Shown here piece by piece: positions 39,729 through 52,471 of a stretch of DNA of 64,000 bases. Below the pieces are notes generated by a model that saw nothing but the letters and a program-made list of their open reading frames with translations, was not told where the DNA came from and ran no database searches. Each line of letters opens with the position of its first letter. The first letter of the stretch is position 1. Source of the stretch: Mobula hypostoma. Its lineage: Eukaryota. A program made the translations under genes and the position numbers. Location: positions 112,656,001 to 112,720,000 of the forward strand of contig NC_086097.1 in the NCBI RefSeq assembly GCF_963921235.1. Direction: 5' to 3'.

Positions 39729-40489
39729 TCTCTACTACATCTGCCTTCTACCTCCTGTGCATGCACTAGTAAATGCAGTTAGTTATGAATAAGGATACGA
39801 CTGGACCTCAGGGGAAAGTGCTTAAATGGGAGCGGACTATATACAAAAGTATTAGACCAGGAACTGGTGAAAATAGATTGGGAACATGTGTTGTTGCATA
39901 AATCTATATTTGACAAGTGAGAATCTTTTACAAATCAACTACTAGAATTACAGCAAGTTTCAGTGAAGATGAATGATTACGACAGTAAGGTTTGGAAAAC
40001 CTGGATGACAAGAAATGTTGTTAAGTTTAATCAAAAAGGAAGAGGGAACATGATCTGGGTGCAGGTTCTAGGCCCAGAGTGTATCGCTGTGGTGGGGACC
40101 CAGTCTTAATGCAGTTTGGGCAACTTAAGTGTCAGCCCAGATAAACAGGAAAGGCAGGACGTCAGGACTAGAGGCGAGGGTTGGACTGAGGTTGTGAGAC
40201 TGCCCAGCTGCTGTGCTTCATGTCTGTGAGCTTCACAGTGATTTGCTCCACTAATATTATGAACTGAGGCTGAGACTTAGGGCCTATGCTGGCTGGCCTG
40301 TGCCAGGAATTCTGATCTAAGGACTCAATTTAGTTCGGAATGCTGTTGCTTTCTTCTGTAGTGTTCATGATTTGTGTTTTCTTCCCCTTTCTCTGTGCAT
40401 TATGTGTTGGTCTTTATTTTTTTATTGTGTTCTTTCAGGTTTCTTGCTTTGTGGCTGTATAATTAATACATGCTTTGATAATAAATGCA

Positions 40490-41276
40490 TTCGGAGGTGG
40501 AGCGGAGTGATAATGGAGCTAAATGGAGACTCCTTTGCTTGCATCTTTGAAAACAGCTCTATTTCCATCTTTAACATCTTTATTCTTCCCTTTCAGGGTT
40601 CTTTTGAAGACCCTAACCTGGAGTTACATGCTGACTACAGTCCTTTGCAGGAATGGGACCCGCTCTTGGGGTTTCATAACCAGCCATTGTTGTTTAGCAC
40701 GCCAAGGGCTCGGCCAAGAGTCTGGCTCGGCGTTGAAGGCCTAGGATCTCGGGGCTCTGGAGATGGGCAGAACAAAGGTCAGTGTCACGGCAGGAGACCC
40801 GTGTGTTGTCGGGGGAGTTGGAATACTTATGGCTGTGTGCCCAGACCTTTGGGCACAGAGCTCGATAAAAGCGACGTAATGGACTTCTAACATGGTAAAC
40901 CAGTGAGTTGTTTGTTAAGACTCCCCTCGCTCACTGTGAAAACAGAGACATCTCTTTCTCCCTTATTAGGGAGAGAGAGTATGTTGAATACTGGGAGAAC
41001 CGCTTAGTCTTTGGGGTAACTGCAAGCCTGTGTCTTTTCTGTTGCTTTGCTCACGCTTGAGGGCTCGTTTCTGGGTGCCAATGCTTTTTTTGCCAGAGAG
41101 GGGAGGAGGGATCGTTGCTTGCTGCCACTTATGCGAGGGAGGGAGGGACTTTGGGGTTCTTATGTTTGACTGTCGTTCATTCTCTGGGGCACTCCTCTGT
41201 TTTCGTGGATGGTTGTGAAGAAAAAGCATTTTGGGATGTATATTGTGTACATTTCTCTGACATTTGAAACCTTTGA
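40490..41276 (+). mobile_element. ~790-bp non-autonomous retroposon nested in the tail of another
   Basis: Splits the tail gataataaatg|tactttgaactttga with aaatg duplicated. Ends in gaaacctttga. Confidence 0.6.
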
Positions 41277-41294
41277 AATGTACTTTGAACTTTG

Positions 41295-42240
41295 AGTAAG
41301 ATTTAGGAAGCTGAAAGCTGATAAGATTTTTGAGGAACATAAAGGAAGCAGAAAATAACTTAAACAAGGAAGCAGGAGGAGCCATGAAATGTCCTTGGAG
41401 AGGAGGATTTAATAAAATCCTAAAGCATTTCCTAAACATTTTAAACATGAGGGATAGGGGTAGGTCCACTAAAGGATAACAAGGAATAGGGTAAGTCCAC
41501 TCAAGGACAAAAGAGGGCATTTAAATGAGTACTTTGCATGGTATTCACTAAGGAGAAGATCATAAATGCCAGTAAGATCAGGAAGGGTAATGCTGCTACT
41601 TCAGAACATGTTGATATCATGGAGAAGGTAGTGTGAGGTCTCTTGAAGGACATTACAATAGGTAAGTCTCTACAGCCTGATGGGATTTATCCTAAGATAC
41701 TGATAGAGACAAGGTAGGAGCTTGCTGGGGAATTTTACAAGAACTTTGCATCCTCTGTAGTCACAGGTGAAGTCCAGGAAGGCTAGCGAATAACCAGTGT
41801 TAGTTCAACTGTTTTCTTAAGAATTACAATAGGCATGATATAATAAATTATAGGCCGGTAAGCTATGCCTCAGTGGTAGGGAAATTATTGGCAGAGATTC
41901 CTCAGGAAAAAGTATACTGCATTCGGAAAATCAGCATGGCTTTGTGTTTGGAAAGTCATGTCTTACAAACTTGATGGTAATTTTTAAGGAGTTAGAAAAA
42001 TGACTGAGAAGGGTAGGGCAATGGATGTTATCAACATTGACAGTAATAAAACTTTTGACAAGAGCCTTTATTGAAGACTGATCCACGTGGGATCCACAGT
42101 GATGTAATTGGTTAGATTCAAAGTTGACTTGGCCATAAAAGGCAGAGGGTAGTGATGGAGGGATGTTATTCTGACTGGAGGTTTGTGACCAATAGTGTTA
42201 TGCAAGGACAAGTGCTGGAACCTTTATTGTTTGAAATATA
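41295..42240 (+). mobile_element. Decayed CR1 ORF2 (RT N-terminal half)
   Basis: Collinear with the reverse complement of 46100-47020 (aattataggccggtaagc, cagcatggctttgtg, tgtcttacaaacttg). Confidence 0.85.
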
Positions 42241-42242
42241 AT

Positions 42243-42910
42243 CTCTGTGGCCACTTTATTAGGTACCCCGAGAAACCTGCACATTAATGCAACTATCCAA
42301 TCAGCCAATCATGTGGCAGCAACTTAATACGTAAAAGCATGCAGACATAGTCAAGAGGCCTAGTTGTTGTTCACAGTAAACATCAGAATGAGGATGAAAT
42401 GTGGTCTAAGTGATGGATAAAATGTTCCCAGGCTTCCAGCTTTGTACAGGTATCAATTATAACTGACGTTTCAAAGACAAACTCTTCCACCTTCCTCAAG
42501 GATCACACTTGAAGAAGATGGTAGAACTTGTCATAGAAACATTGGTTATAATACTTGTACAGATACTTGTACCTGGCTGGAAGCCCAAAAAGAGTCTATT
42601 CGTTTGTGTATGCTGGGAAAGCACTAGATCCTGATCAATGTAACTTTGACAGTGGAATAATCGTTGGTGCCAGATGCAGTGGTTTGAGTATCTCAGAAAA
42701 TACTGATCTCCTGGGATTTTGGCATACAGCAGTCTCTAAAGTTTACATAGAATGGTGCAAAAAACAAAATCAAAAAAGATTCAGCGGGCAGCAGTTCTGT
42801 GGTCAAAAATGCCTCGTTAATGAGAGAGGTCAGAAGAGAATGACCAGACTGGTTCAAACTGACAGGAAGGCAACAGTAACTCAAATAACCAAACGTTACA
42901 ACAGTGGTGG
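42243..42910 (+). mobile_element. Tc1-like element interrupted by a hairpin insert (about 42414-42640)
   Basis: Left TIR and FDSGIIVGARCSGLSISENTDLLGF...ERGQKRMTRLVQTDRKATVTQIT. Confidence 0.88.
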
Positions 42911-43169
42911 GCATCTGGTTGTAGCATGCTGGCGGGGTAGAAGCAGTTACAATAGCAACGTTTAAGAATCATTGGGACAACCTCATGATCAGGCAGGAAC
43001 AGAGGGATATATATCATGTCCAGATAGATATAAATGGTTTCTCTTGGCATCATGGTTGGCACAGACATTGTGGGCCAAAGAGCCTGTTCTTCTCTCTATT
43101 GTTCTACATTCATGACTCCCTAATTCACAGTTCCATTCCCACCAAAAATTTCTCCTTCTTATCACATTT

Positions 43170-44110
43170 TCCCTTGTAATTGTAGGTGCCTGTCCTTCCT
43201 CTTCTTCCCTTCTCTCTATCCAGTCTTTCCAAATCAAGTAGTGAACCACGTCCTCTTCTCTCAATCTAGTGCATTGGATTTAATGTTCACAATATAGTTG
43301 TTTTATTTTCCACAGGACAAACCAAATGCAGATTGGGTGATCGCTTTGTGTAAAAGCTGTATTCAGTCAGCAGGGGAGATCCTGACCTTCCAGCTCTCTG
43401 CCTCTTTAATTCCTCTTTTCACTCCCATTCTGACCAGTCAGACTGTGGGTTCCTGGAGTATCACAGTGAGGCCTAACATGAGCTGGAGAAGAAGCTGGGG
43501 GAAAGAGGAAAGAGTACAAGCTAGAAAGTGAGAGGAGAAGCCAGATGAGGGGGAAGGTAGAAGGGTGGGAGACAGGGTGGGGAAGAAATGAGAAACTGAG
43601 AGGTGAGATGTGGAAAGGTAAAGGGCCAAAAAAGAAGGAATCTGGTAGGAGAGGAGAGTGGACCATGCGAGAAAAGTAAGAAGGACAGCGGGAAGAGACA
43701 AGCAGGTGAGGTGAAGAGAAGGGAAAGTGGGGAATGGAAAAAAGTGAGGAGAGGGAGGGGAATAGATATGACCTAAAATTTGAGAAATCAGTGTTCATTT
43801 CTGTCTCATTTTCCGATTGGGCAGATTGCTGGCTTCTGGACTCAATATTGAATTTGACTGCTTTAGATTACATGACTCTTCACTTTATCAGTCATACCTG
43901 TTTGATATCAGCTCAGATTTTTTTTGTTCATTTATTTCCCTCTGGGAGTGGAAGACATGCCTGGCCTTCCTCCCACCTTCTTTTGATAGCAAGCTTCTTT
44001 TATCTCCTTTTCAGTTCTGACAAAAAGCCTCTGACCGGAAATGTTAATCTTGCTTCAAATGTGACCTGAACTGCTGAGTATTTCCAGCAAGTTCTGATTT
44101 TGTTTTTGAA
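43170..44110. mobile_element. Old PLE pieces: GIY-YIG relic (+), pLTR (-), pLTR tip (+)
   Basis: Similarity to 11170-11520 and 12000-12300. Decayed hammerhead near 44013-44048. Confidence 0.6.
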
Positions 44111-44280
44111 GCCATCAGACCTATGCAGTCAATTTCAAGAAGTGTAGTAATGATTTCAAATGGATCATGCCTGCATCTTTAATCAGTCAAGGTATGAAGA
44201 CTTAACCATTGATCAAGTTTTCCCATTCTTAGGGGCATTATAACCCCTAGTCAAGAAAGCTATAGATTAACCTGGAACTA

Positions 44281-44904
44281 CGAGGGGTGATTGATAAGTT
44301 TGTGGCCTAAGGTAGAAGGAGTCAATCTTAGAAAACCTAGCACATTTATTTTTCAACATAGTCCCCTCCTACATGTACACACTTAGTCCAGCAGTTGCGG
44401 AGCATACGCATCCCTTCCTTGTAGAAGTGGTCCACAGCAGGGGTGATTGATAGGTTCGTGGCCTAAGGTAGAAGCAGATGAGTTATTAACTTCAAACTTT
44501 CTGCATTTTCACTCAAAGAGTTGAACTGCACGTGCATGTAACGAGAGTGTCTTAGACCTCCAGGTGGTCCACAGCAGGGGTGATTGATAAGTTTGTGGCC
44601 TAAGGTCAAAGGAGATGAGTTATACAGCTCTCGTTAAATGCCCATGCAGTTCAACCCTTTGAATGAAAATGCAGAAAGTTTGAAGTTAATAACTCATCTC
44701 CTTCTAACATAGGCCACAAACTTATCAATCACCCCTGCTGTGGACCACTTCTGGAGGTCCAAGACGCCGACTTCTGTAAAGAAGGGATCCATATGCTCCA
44801 CGACTGCTGGACTAAGTGTGTATGTGTAGGAAAAAATAAATGTGCTAGGTTTTGTAAAATTGACTCCTTCTACCTTAGGCCACGAACTTAGCAATCACCC
44901 CTCG
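44281..44904. mobile_element. Mariner-type foldback MITE, 624 bp
   Basis: TA|CGAGGGGTGATTG...CAATCACCCCTCG|TA. Arms are inverted over most of the length. Confidence 0.9.
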
Positions 44905-44914
44905 TAGAGGAATT

Positions 44915-47375
44915 GCTTTGTTACTGGAAGGCCAGGGACACCTCATATTCTGTCTGGGTGGTCTCCAACCTGACAGCACGATCGTCGATTTCTCAACCTT
45001 TTGATAATATCTATTCCCCTCCCCCTCCTCTCTTTATCCATTCCCCATTCTGCTCCCCTCTTACCCCTTCTGTTCTCCTCACCTGCCTATCACCTTCCTC
45101 TGGTGCCCCTCCTCCTTCTCTTTACCATAGAAACCATAGAACCATAGAAACTACAGCACAGAAACAGGCCTTTTGGCCCTTCTTGGCTGTGCCGAACCAT
45201 TTTCTGCCTAGTCCCACTGACCTGCACACGGACCATATCCCTCCATACACCTCCCATCCATGTATCTGTCCAATTTATTCTTAAATGTTAAAAAAGAACC
45301 TGCATTTACCACTTCATCTGGCAGTTCATTTCATACTCCCACCACTCTCTGTGTGAAGAAGCCCCCCCTTAATGTTCCCTTTAAACTTTTCCCCCTCACC
45401 CTTAACCCATGTCCTCTGGTTTTTTTCTCCCCTTGTCTCAGTGGAAAAAGCCTGCTTGCATTCACTCTATCTATACCCATCATAATTTTATATACCTCTA
45501 TCAAATCTCCCCTCATTCTTCTACGCTCCAGGGAATAAAGTCCTAACCTATTCAACCTTTCTCTGTAACTGAGTTTCTCAAGTCCCGGCAACATCCTTGT
45601 AAACCTTCTCTGCACTCTTTCAACCTTATTTATATCCTTCCTGTAATTTGGTGACCAAAACTGAACACAATACTCCAGATTCGGCCTCACCAATGCCTTA
45701 TACAATCTTATCATAACATTCCAGCTCTTATACTCAATACTTTGATTAATAAAGGTCAATGTACCAAAAGCTCTCTTTACAACCCCATCTACCTGTGACA
45801 CCACTTTTAGGGAATTTTGTACCTGTATTTCCAGATCCCTCTGTTCCACTGCACTCCTCAGTGCCTTACCATTAACCCTGTATGTTCTACCTTGGTTTAT
45901 CCTTCCAACGTGCAATACCTCACACTTGTCTGTATTAAACTCCATCTGCCATTTTTCAGCCCATTTTTCCAGCTGGTCCAAGTCCCTCTGCAGGCTCTGA
46001 AAACCTTCCTCACTGTCTACTACACCTCCAATCTTTGTATCATCAGCAAATTTGCTGATCCAATTTACCACATTATCATCCAGATCATTGATATAGATGA
46101 CAAATAACAATGGATCCAGCACTGATCCCTGTGGCACACCACTAGTTATAGGCCTCCACTCGGAGAAGCAATTCTCTACTACCACTCTTTGGCTTCTTCC
46201 ATTGAGCCAATGTCTAATCCAATTTACCACCTCTCCATGTATACCTAGTGACTGAATTTTCCTAACTAACCTCCCATGCGGGACCTTGTCAAAGGCCTTA
46301 CTGAAGTCCATGTAGACAATATCCACTGCCTTCCCTTCATCCACTTTCCTGGTAACCTCCTCGAAAAACTCCAATAGATTGGTCAAACATGACCTACCAC
46401 ACACAAAGCCATGTTGACTCTCCCTAATAAGTCCCTGTCCATCCAAATGCTTGTAGATTCTGTCTCTTAGTACTCCCTCCAATAACTTACCTACTACCGA
46501 TGTTAAACTTACCGGCCTATAATTTCCCAGATTACTTTTCGATCCTTTTTTAAACAACGGAACAACATGAGCCACTCTCCAATCCTCTGGCACTTCACCT
46601 GTTGACAGCGACAGAAATATTTTAAATATTTCTGCCAGGGCCCCTGCAATTTCAACACTAGTCGCTTTCAAGGTCCAAGGGAACACCCTGTCAGGTCCCA
46701 GGGATTTATCCACTTTAATTTTCCTCAAGACAGCAAGGACCTCCTCCTTTCCAATCTGTACAGTTTCCATGATCTCACTACTTGTTTCCCTTAATTCCAT
46801 AGACTTCATGCCAGTTTCCTTAGTAAATACAGACGCAAAAAAACCGTTCACCAGCAACTTTGATGTATGTTGCTTGAATTTCCAGCATCTGCAGAATTCC
46901 TGTCGTTTGTATTTAAGATCTCCCCCATTTCCTTTGGTTCCGCACATAGCCGACCACTCTGATCTTCAAGAGGACCAATTTTATCCCTTACAATCCTTTT
47001 GCTCTTAATATACCTGTAAAAGCTCTTTGGACTTTCTCCCACAGTCCACTCTCCTCTCCTATCAGATTCCTTTTCTTCAGCCCTTTACCTTTCCACATAT
47101 CACTTCCCAGCTTCTCACTTCATTATCATTCCCCACCCACCTAGCTCCCCTCTCACCTGGCTTCACCTATCACTCCGTAGCTTGTATTCCTTCCTCTCTC
47201 CCTATGCTCTCGTCCTGCTTTCTTTCCCTTTCATTTCCAGTCCTGAATAAGGACCTTGGTCTGAAACCTCGACTCTTTATTCTTTTCCACAGATGCTGCC
47301 TGACCTGCTGAGTTCCTCCAGCATTTTGTTTGTGTTAATCTGGATTTCCAGCATCAGAAGAATCTCTTCTGTTTA
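44915..47375 (+). mobile_element. PLE pLTR split by a CR1 insertion (44915-45125 and 47028-47375)
   Basis: The two halves are collinear with other pLTRs. Variant hammerhead near 47239-47274 (core CTGAATA). Confidence 0.75.
45128..47025 (-). mobile_element. 5'-truncated young CR1 with near-intact RT
   Basis: Open frame 45331-46845: NYRPVSLTS, QHGF, YMDFSKAFDKV, GVPQGSVL, KFADD. Premature stop near the C-terminus. (tttctatg)-type tail. Confidence 0.97.
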
Positions 47376-47399
47376 TAATTTCGCTCAACCTTTTTTTTT

Positions 47400-49240
47400 A
47401 TAATGAGAAAAGAGATTTAGTGAGAGCAATGCATTTGATATAGTCAATATTTATTTTTTTCAAATCTGATATCACAAGCTTGTCAAAAAAAATCTCCATG
47501 GAATTGAAAAGAGTGTGGCAAATCGGATCCTAAATTGGCTTGGTCACAGGAAGCAAAGTGGTCTATTTAAACTGGGAGGCTTTAACGGTGGGATTCCACA
47601 AAGTTCTGTACTCATTCCATTTTTTCTTCTTGTATATATTACTGGTTCAGTCCAGGATGTAGGGACAGAGGTTACAGGTTCAATGAGATACAAAGATTGG
47701 TTGTTGGTTTGGCAGTGTGGAGGAGAGCTTTAGAATGTAGGAAGACTTAATTGGTTTGGTCAGCTGTACAGATAATGGAAATGGACTTTACTCCAGGAAA
47801 GTGTGCCATAATGCATTAGGAAAAGTGCAACAGTCAGAAAGTATACAATGTATGGCAGAATGCTGTTTAGAAATGGAACATCGAAATGATTTTGGAACAT
47901 AGTAGGATAGGTAAATACATTGGTTAAGAGAGATTTGAGATGCTTTCCTTTATTAATTGATACATAGAATGCAAGATCTCTAAGGAAGCCTCTACTTCCT
48001 TAGGATTTTGCAAGAATTCGGCATAAGATCTATAACTTTAACCAACTTCTATAGATGTGTAATGGAGAGTATATTTACTGTCTACATTATAGCCTTGTAT
48101 GGAAACACCAATGCCCTTGAACAGAGGAAAAGTAGGAAATACGACCTCATCCGTCATGGAAAGTCCTCCCCTCCATTGAGCACATCTGCATGGAGTGTTG
48201 TTGCAGGAAATCAGTATCCAATATCAGGGACTCCCACCACCCAGGTCATGCTCTATTCTCACTGCCACCATCAGGAAGAAGCCTCAGGACTCACACCACC
48301 AGGTGCAGGAAGAGTTCTTACCCCTTAACCATCAGGCTCTTGAATCAAAAGGGATTACTTCACTCAGCTTCACTTGCCCCATCATTGAGATTTTCTGACA
48401 ACCTATAGACTCACTTTCATGGACTCTTCATCTCATGTTTTTGATATTTATTGCTTATTAATTATTATTATTATTATTTCTTTTTTCTTTCTTTTTGTAT
48501 ATGCAGTTTAATGCCTTGTGCACACTGGTTGCCTGCCTGTTGGTGCGATCCTTCATTGATTTAATTATGGTTATTGGATTTATTAAGTATGTCTGCAAGA
48601 AAATCACTCTCAGGATTGTATATGGTGATATGTAATATATGTACTTTGATAATAAATTTACTTTGAACTTTGAAGGCAGCTTATGTTTGGACTCTATACA
48701 ATTTACTTTAACAACAGTTTAAATATTTCCAACAAAGGTGCACCCTATTTTGCAGGAAAGATGTAATTGCACCGGAGCGAGAGCAGGTGAGATTTTACAA
48801 GCATGTTGCCAAGATTATGTGTTTATAATTATAATTATGAGGAAAGATTGACTAAGATGGAATGTTTTTTTTAAATGAAGAAGGTGCGAAATATTATCAA
48901 GACCTAGAAGAATAGGAAGGGACTACTTCCCTCATCAGATGAATCAAACATTATTGGACATAAAATCAAAATAATTGGCTGAGAATAGAATGTGGAGAGG
49001 ATTGATGATTAACTCGGAGGATTGTAAGGATTGAAAACTTACTGTCTGCAAAGTGGCCGAGGCAGAGCCTGTCATCATATTTATTAAGTATATACTGTGG
49101 ATGAGTTCTTGAAGAGCAGTGACCTGTGAGGTTGTTTGCATTGTTGCACAAAGGCTGGATTGGGTAGGTTAGGTGTTTTTCAGTCAGCATAGAAATGATG
49201 TTTCAAATGATCTCCTGTCCTATAGCTTCTTTGCTTTTAT
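47400..49240 (+). mobile_element. Old CR1 interrupted by a Rex 3' fragment (about 47985-48673)
   Basis: WLGHRKQ..GGIPQSSVL on the left. Rex LTNFYRCVMESI..LYGN with tail. CR1-like sequence resumes after 48674. Confidence 0.7.
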
Positions 49241-50179
49241 GCTTCATTCGATTGAAATGGTTCACTTGCCAGCTGAGTAATCACTTACAATAGTTACTTC
49301 AATGTATTAAAACAATGTCTTTAGCTGGCATTGACATCTCAAGATGTTTGTTCAATTTAACTTAAGCAAACATATTGCTCTATGTATCAAATTACCTTAA
49401 TTCTTTGTAATAATTAAAGATGATTATCAGTGTACAGGATATATGGTGATGATTATAGATGATTATCAGTACATAGACCCTCTAACTATTACCTCAGTCA
49501 CTGTGCTGCACTGTAAACACTTAAAACCACTTAGTATAATACTGTTTACATTGTAAACACTTGCTGGTATTTATGGATTTATGCACATTTATGCAAATTT
49601 ATTCCATATTCATACTTTAACTTCCAACTTATTTTTATGTAATCCTTTATAATTGTTGAATTTTGTTGTGTTTCAATGCATGTTGTGCCAAAGCACCACA
49701 GAAATTCCTAATACATGCAAATGTACAGCCTACGGTGAATAAAGTTGATCCTTGAAAGTGATGTATTGTTTCAACTTTACAAAACACTGGACAGTTTATA
49801 CTTGGAGAATTCTATGCACTACTGTTTTCTACACCATAGGAAAAGTATGGCTGTGCTATACAACGTGCAGAGAAGATTTTAGATTAGATTATTATTTATT
49901 GGGTGGAAGAATTTAGTTATGGGGAGAGATTGGATAAACTGGGCACGTTTTCCCTGAAGCAAAGGAGGCTGAGATTACAAGCTCAGTTGAAGAACATAAC
50001 AGTTAGACTGACAAGTGGAATTGCAAGAGTTAGTGTTTTAACATGTAGAAGCATCCCTAATCATTCCATTTCTCTTTTCATTATACGAATAACTTAAATT
50101 AAATATTTTAATGAATATTAATTTCACCACAGTAATGATTAAAAGATCCGAGAATATAATGTTTTAATCAATCACCCTT

Positions 50180-50690
50180 TACTACTTTCAGATTCATTTA
50201 CTTGCAGGCATTCACAGTAGAACAAAGAAATACAATAGAATCAATGAAAAACTACACACAAATACTGAAAAACAACTAATGTTCAAACAAAGAAAACTGC
50301 ACAAAACAAATAATAAATAGATGGATAGATAGATAGATGGATAAATAAATAAATAAATAATACTGAGAACATGAGTTGCAGAGTCCTTGAAAATAAGCCC
50401 ATTGTTTGTGGAATCAGTTCAGTGTTGAGGTGAGTGAAGTTATCTACGCTGGTTCAGTGTAGGTATCCACCCTGATGGCTGAAATGTAATAACTGTTCCT
50501 GAACCTGGTGGTGTGGGACTGAAGGCTCCTGTACCTCCTTCCCAATGGCAGCAGTGAGAAGAGAACATGGCCTGAATGTTGGGGGGCCTTGATGACGGAT
50601 GCTGCTTTCTTGTGGCAGTGCTTCCTGTAGATGTGCTCAATGATGGGGACGTTTTTTCCTGGGGTGGACTCACTTCTGTCAACCATGCTC
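50180..50690 (-). mobile_element. Rex1/Babar 3' end
   Basis: IEHIYRKHCHKKAASVIKAP.H.GHVLFSLLPLGRRYRSL..HTTRFRNSY. Confidence 0.85.
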
Positions 50691-52223
50691 TAGAAATGTT
50701 AGTAATGTCCATTCAGAGAAGACTGCTGAGGTGATATTATATAATATTATCATCGCCACAGAAGTTGCTCCTTCATGATGAAAATCTAAGTTAAAACCAG
50801 AAGCACATAAGGGCTTTAAATTCAAAGAATCAGCATTGGTCTACACAGCAAAAAAGCTGCAACACAACCTAGGTACACGCTATCATACTGCTGATTCAGT
50901 GCTGTTTATTGGCAGCTTGAGAGTTCAATGCCAGTGGGTTTTCAATCAGGTTGACAATACAACACAAAGCTGTGTAAACTATTAATTGGATCATTAATTA
51001 TTGTTGTTTTCACTAAAGTTTTGCTGAGAAGATTACAACAGCTTTTTTTTTGCTTTTTAAGTGCAGTGGCATTACTGCTCATTGTACATTTGTATAATAG
51101 CTCTAACTGGTCTTAGCAATTCATCATACAGCATTGTACAAAGACATAGTGGGCTAAATTGAATAGGGTTGGAAACAGTGGCTGGATATATGGTCAATTA
51201 ACCCATCTGATGCAGTGGAGGAAATAAAAATATGCGTGTTAGTCTCACAAGATGGGTTCAGTAACCAGCAAGTATTAGCCCCACTCTCTGCCTGTGCACA
51301 TCCACACACCCCGACTTCATGCATAAGTTAATTGAATTAGCTTATTAAGTCTTTGTTGGCACCTCTTAAAAGGGAGGAGGTTTGTGGTTGAAGTGGTAGT
51401 ATAAGTTATTCTATGTGTTTAAGAGCTTGCTGGAACCCCAGCGAATCACAAGTACGATTTCCTGATGTAGATTGATTTTACAAGCCTTAGTCAACAAGGA
51501 AAAAGGCTTTCCTCTCACAATGGACTAGGAAGCCATCTCAAGATTCAAGATTGTTCATTGTTATTTTTCAGTACGCAAGTGTAAAGGAAGGCAAAATATT
51601 TGTTACGTACTCCAGATCTAATGCAGCATAAAAAAATGCACAATAAGCTTAAAAAACACAAACAGCACATATAAATACATAAGATTAGCTTATATGTATA
51701 GACTGATTGTACGTACAAGTACATAAGTGATGCTAGGTATTGGACCACCTCTACATAAGGTGACCCTGACAGGAAATGATAAAGTACTGGTGGGAGGGTG
51801 GGGTGGTGTGGCGGGTTAATAGGAGGAGGAACACATAGTCAAGTCACAATATTAGAGATAAATTTCACAGGTTAAGCCTGTGACTTTGCATGTGATGTCA
51901 AGTTCAGTATCTATATCATCAAGTATTATCTCACAACAAACGTGCATCCAGATCAAACTCTATGGTGTGTAGTACATTCCCATCACTGACTACAAACTCT
52001 AACAATCATAGCCTAATATTGACAACCAAATGTACACCGTACCCTCAGATATTTGGCACTGCTCTAATCTTGTTAACTATACCTAATACAATTAAAATTC
52101 TGACAGCTCTTTAACCATTGTATGCATTTCTCATAGCCACATAACTTGTTACTTGTTACATACACCTGTTAGGGTGCATTCTCCAGATAACTTATAAGGT
52201 AACCGTAGCCTTCAGCCAGGAGC

Positions 52224-52284
52224 AGATGTCATCAGGTGGTTCCCAACCTTCACAGAGTGTTTCGACCCTTAACCACGACACTCT
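52224..52284 (-). ncRNA. Candidate rearranged hammerhead-like motif in the HERO 3' UTR (family A)
   Basis: agagtGTC^gtggtt-aagggtc-GAAAcactct-gtgaaggttggg-aaccac-CTGATGA-catct. Confidence 0.6.
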
Positions 52285-52371
52285 CCAGTTGGTGGGCCGG
52301 CAGTGGTCCATCTGCTCCTGGCTTCTAGCTCCCCTTCTCTCGCCTACTCCAAATCCAATAAGAGGCTCGTT

Positions 52372-52471
52372 CAACCAACATACATCAAAGTTGCTGGTGA
52401 ACGCAGCAGGCCAAGCAGCATCTATAGGAAGAGGCGCAGTCGACGTTTCAGGCCAAGACCCTCCTCTTTCT
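52372..52471 (-). mobile_element. ~100-bp PLE pLTR tip inserted in the HERO ORF end
   Basis: Near-identical to 882-968. Splits EEAE|RASYWIW. Confidence 0.85.

Noticed and set aside
40372..41520. 172-aa and 184-aa ORFs
   Set aside because: They cross retroposon boundaries and have no domain signature.
44281..44904. CRISPR-like array of ~35-bp repeats
   Set aside because: Mixed orientation, irregular and mutually repeated spacers, TA-flanked TIRs and a eukaryotic context.
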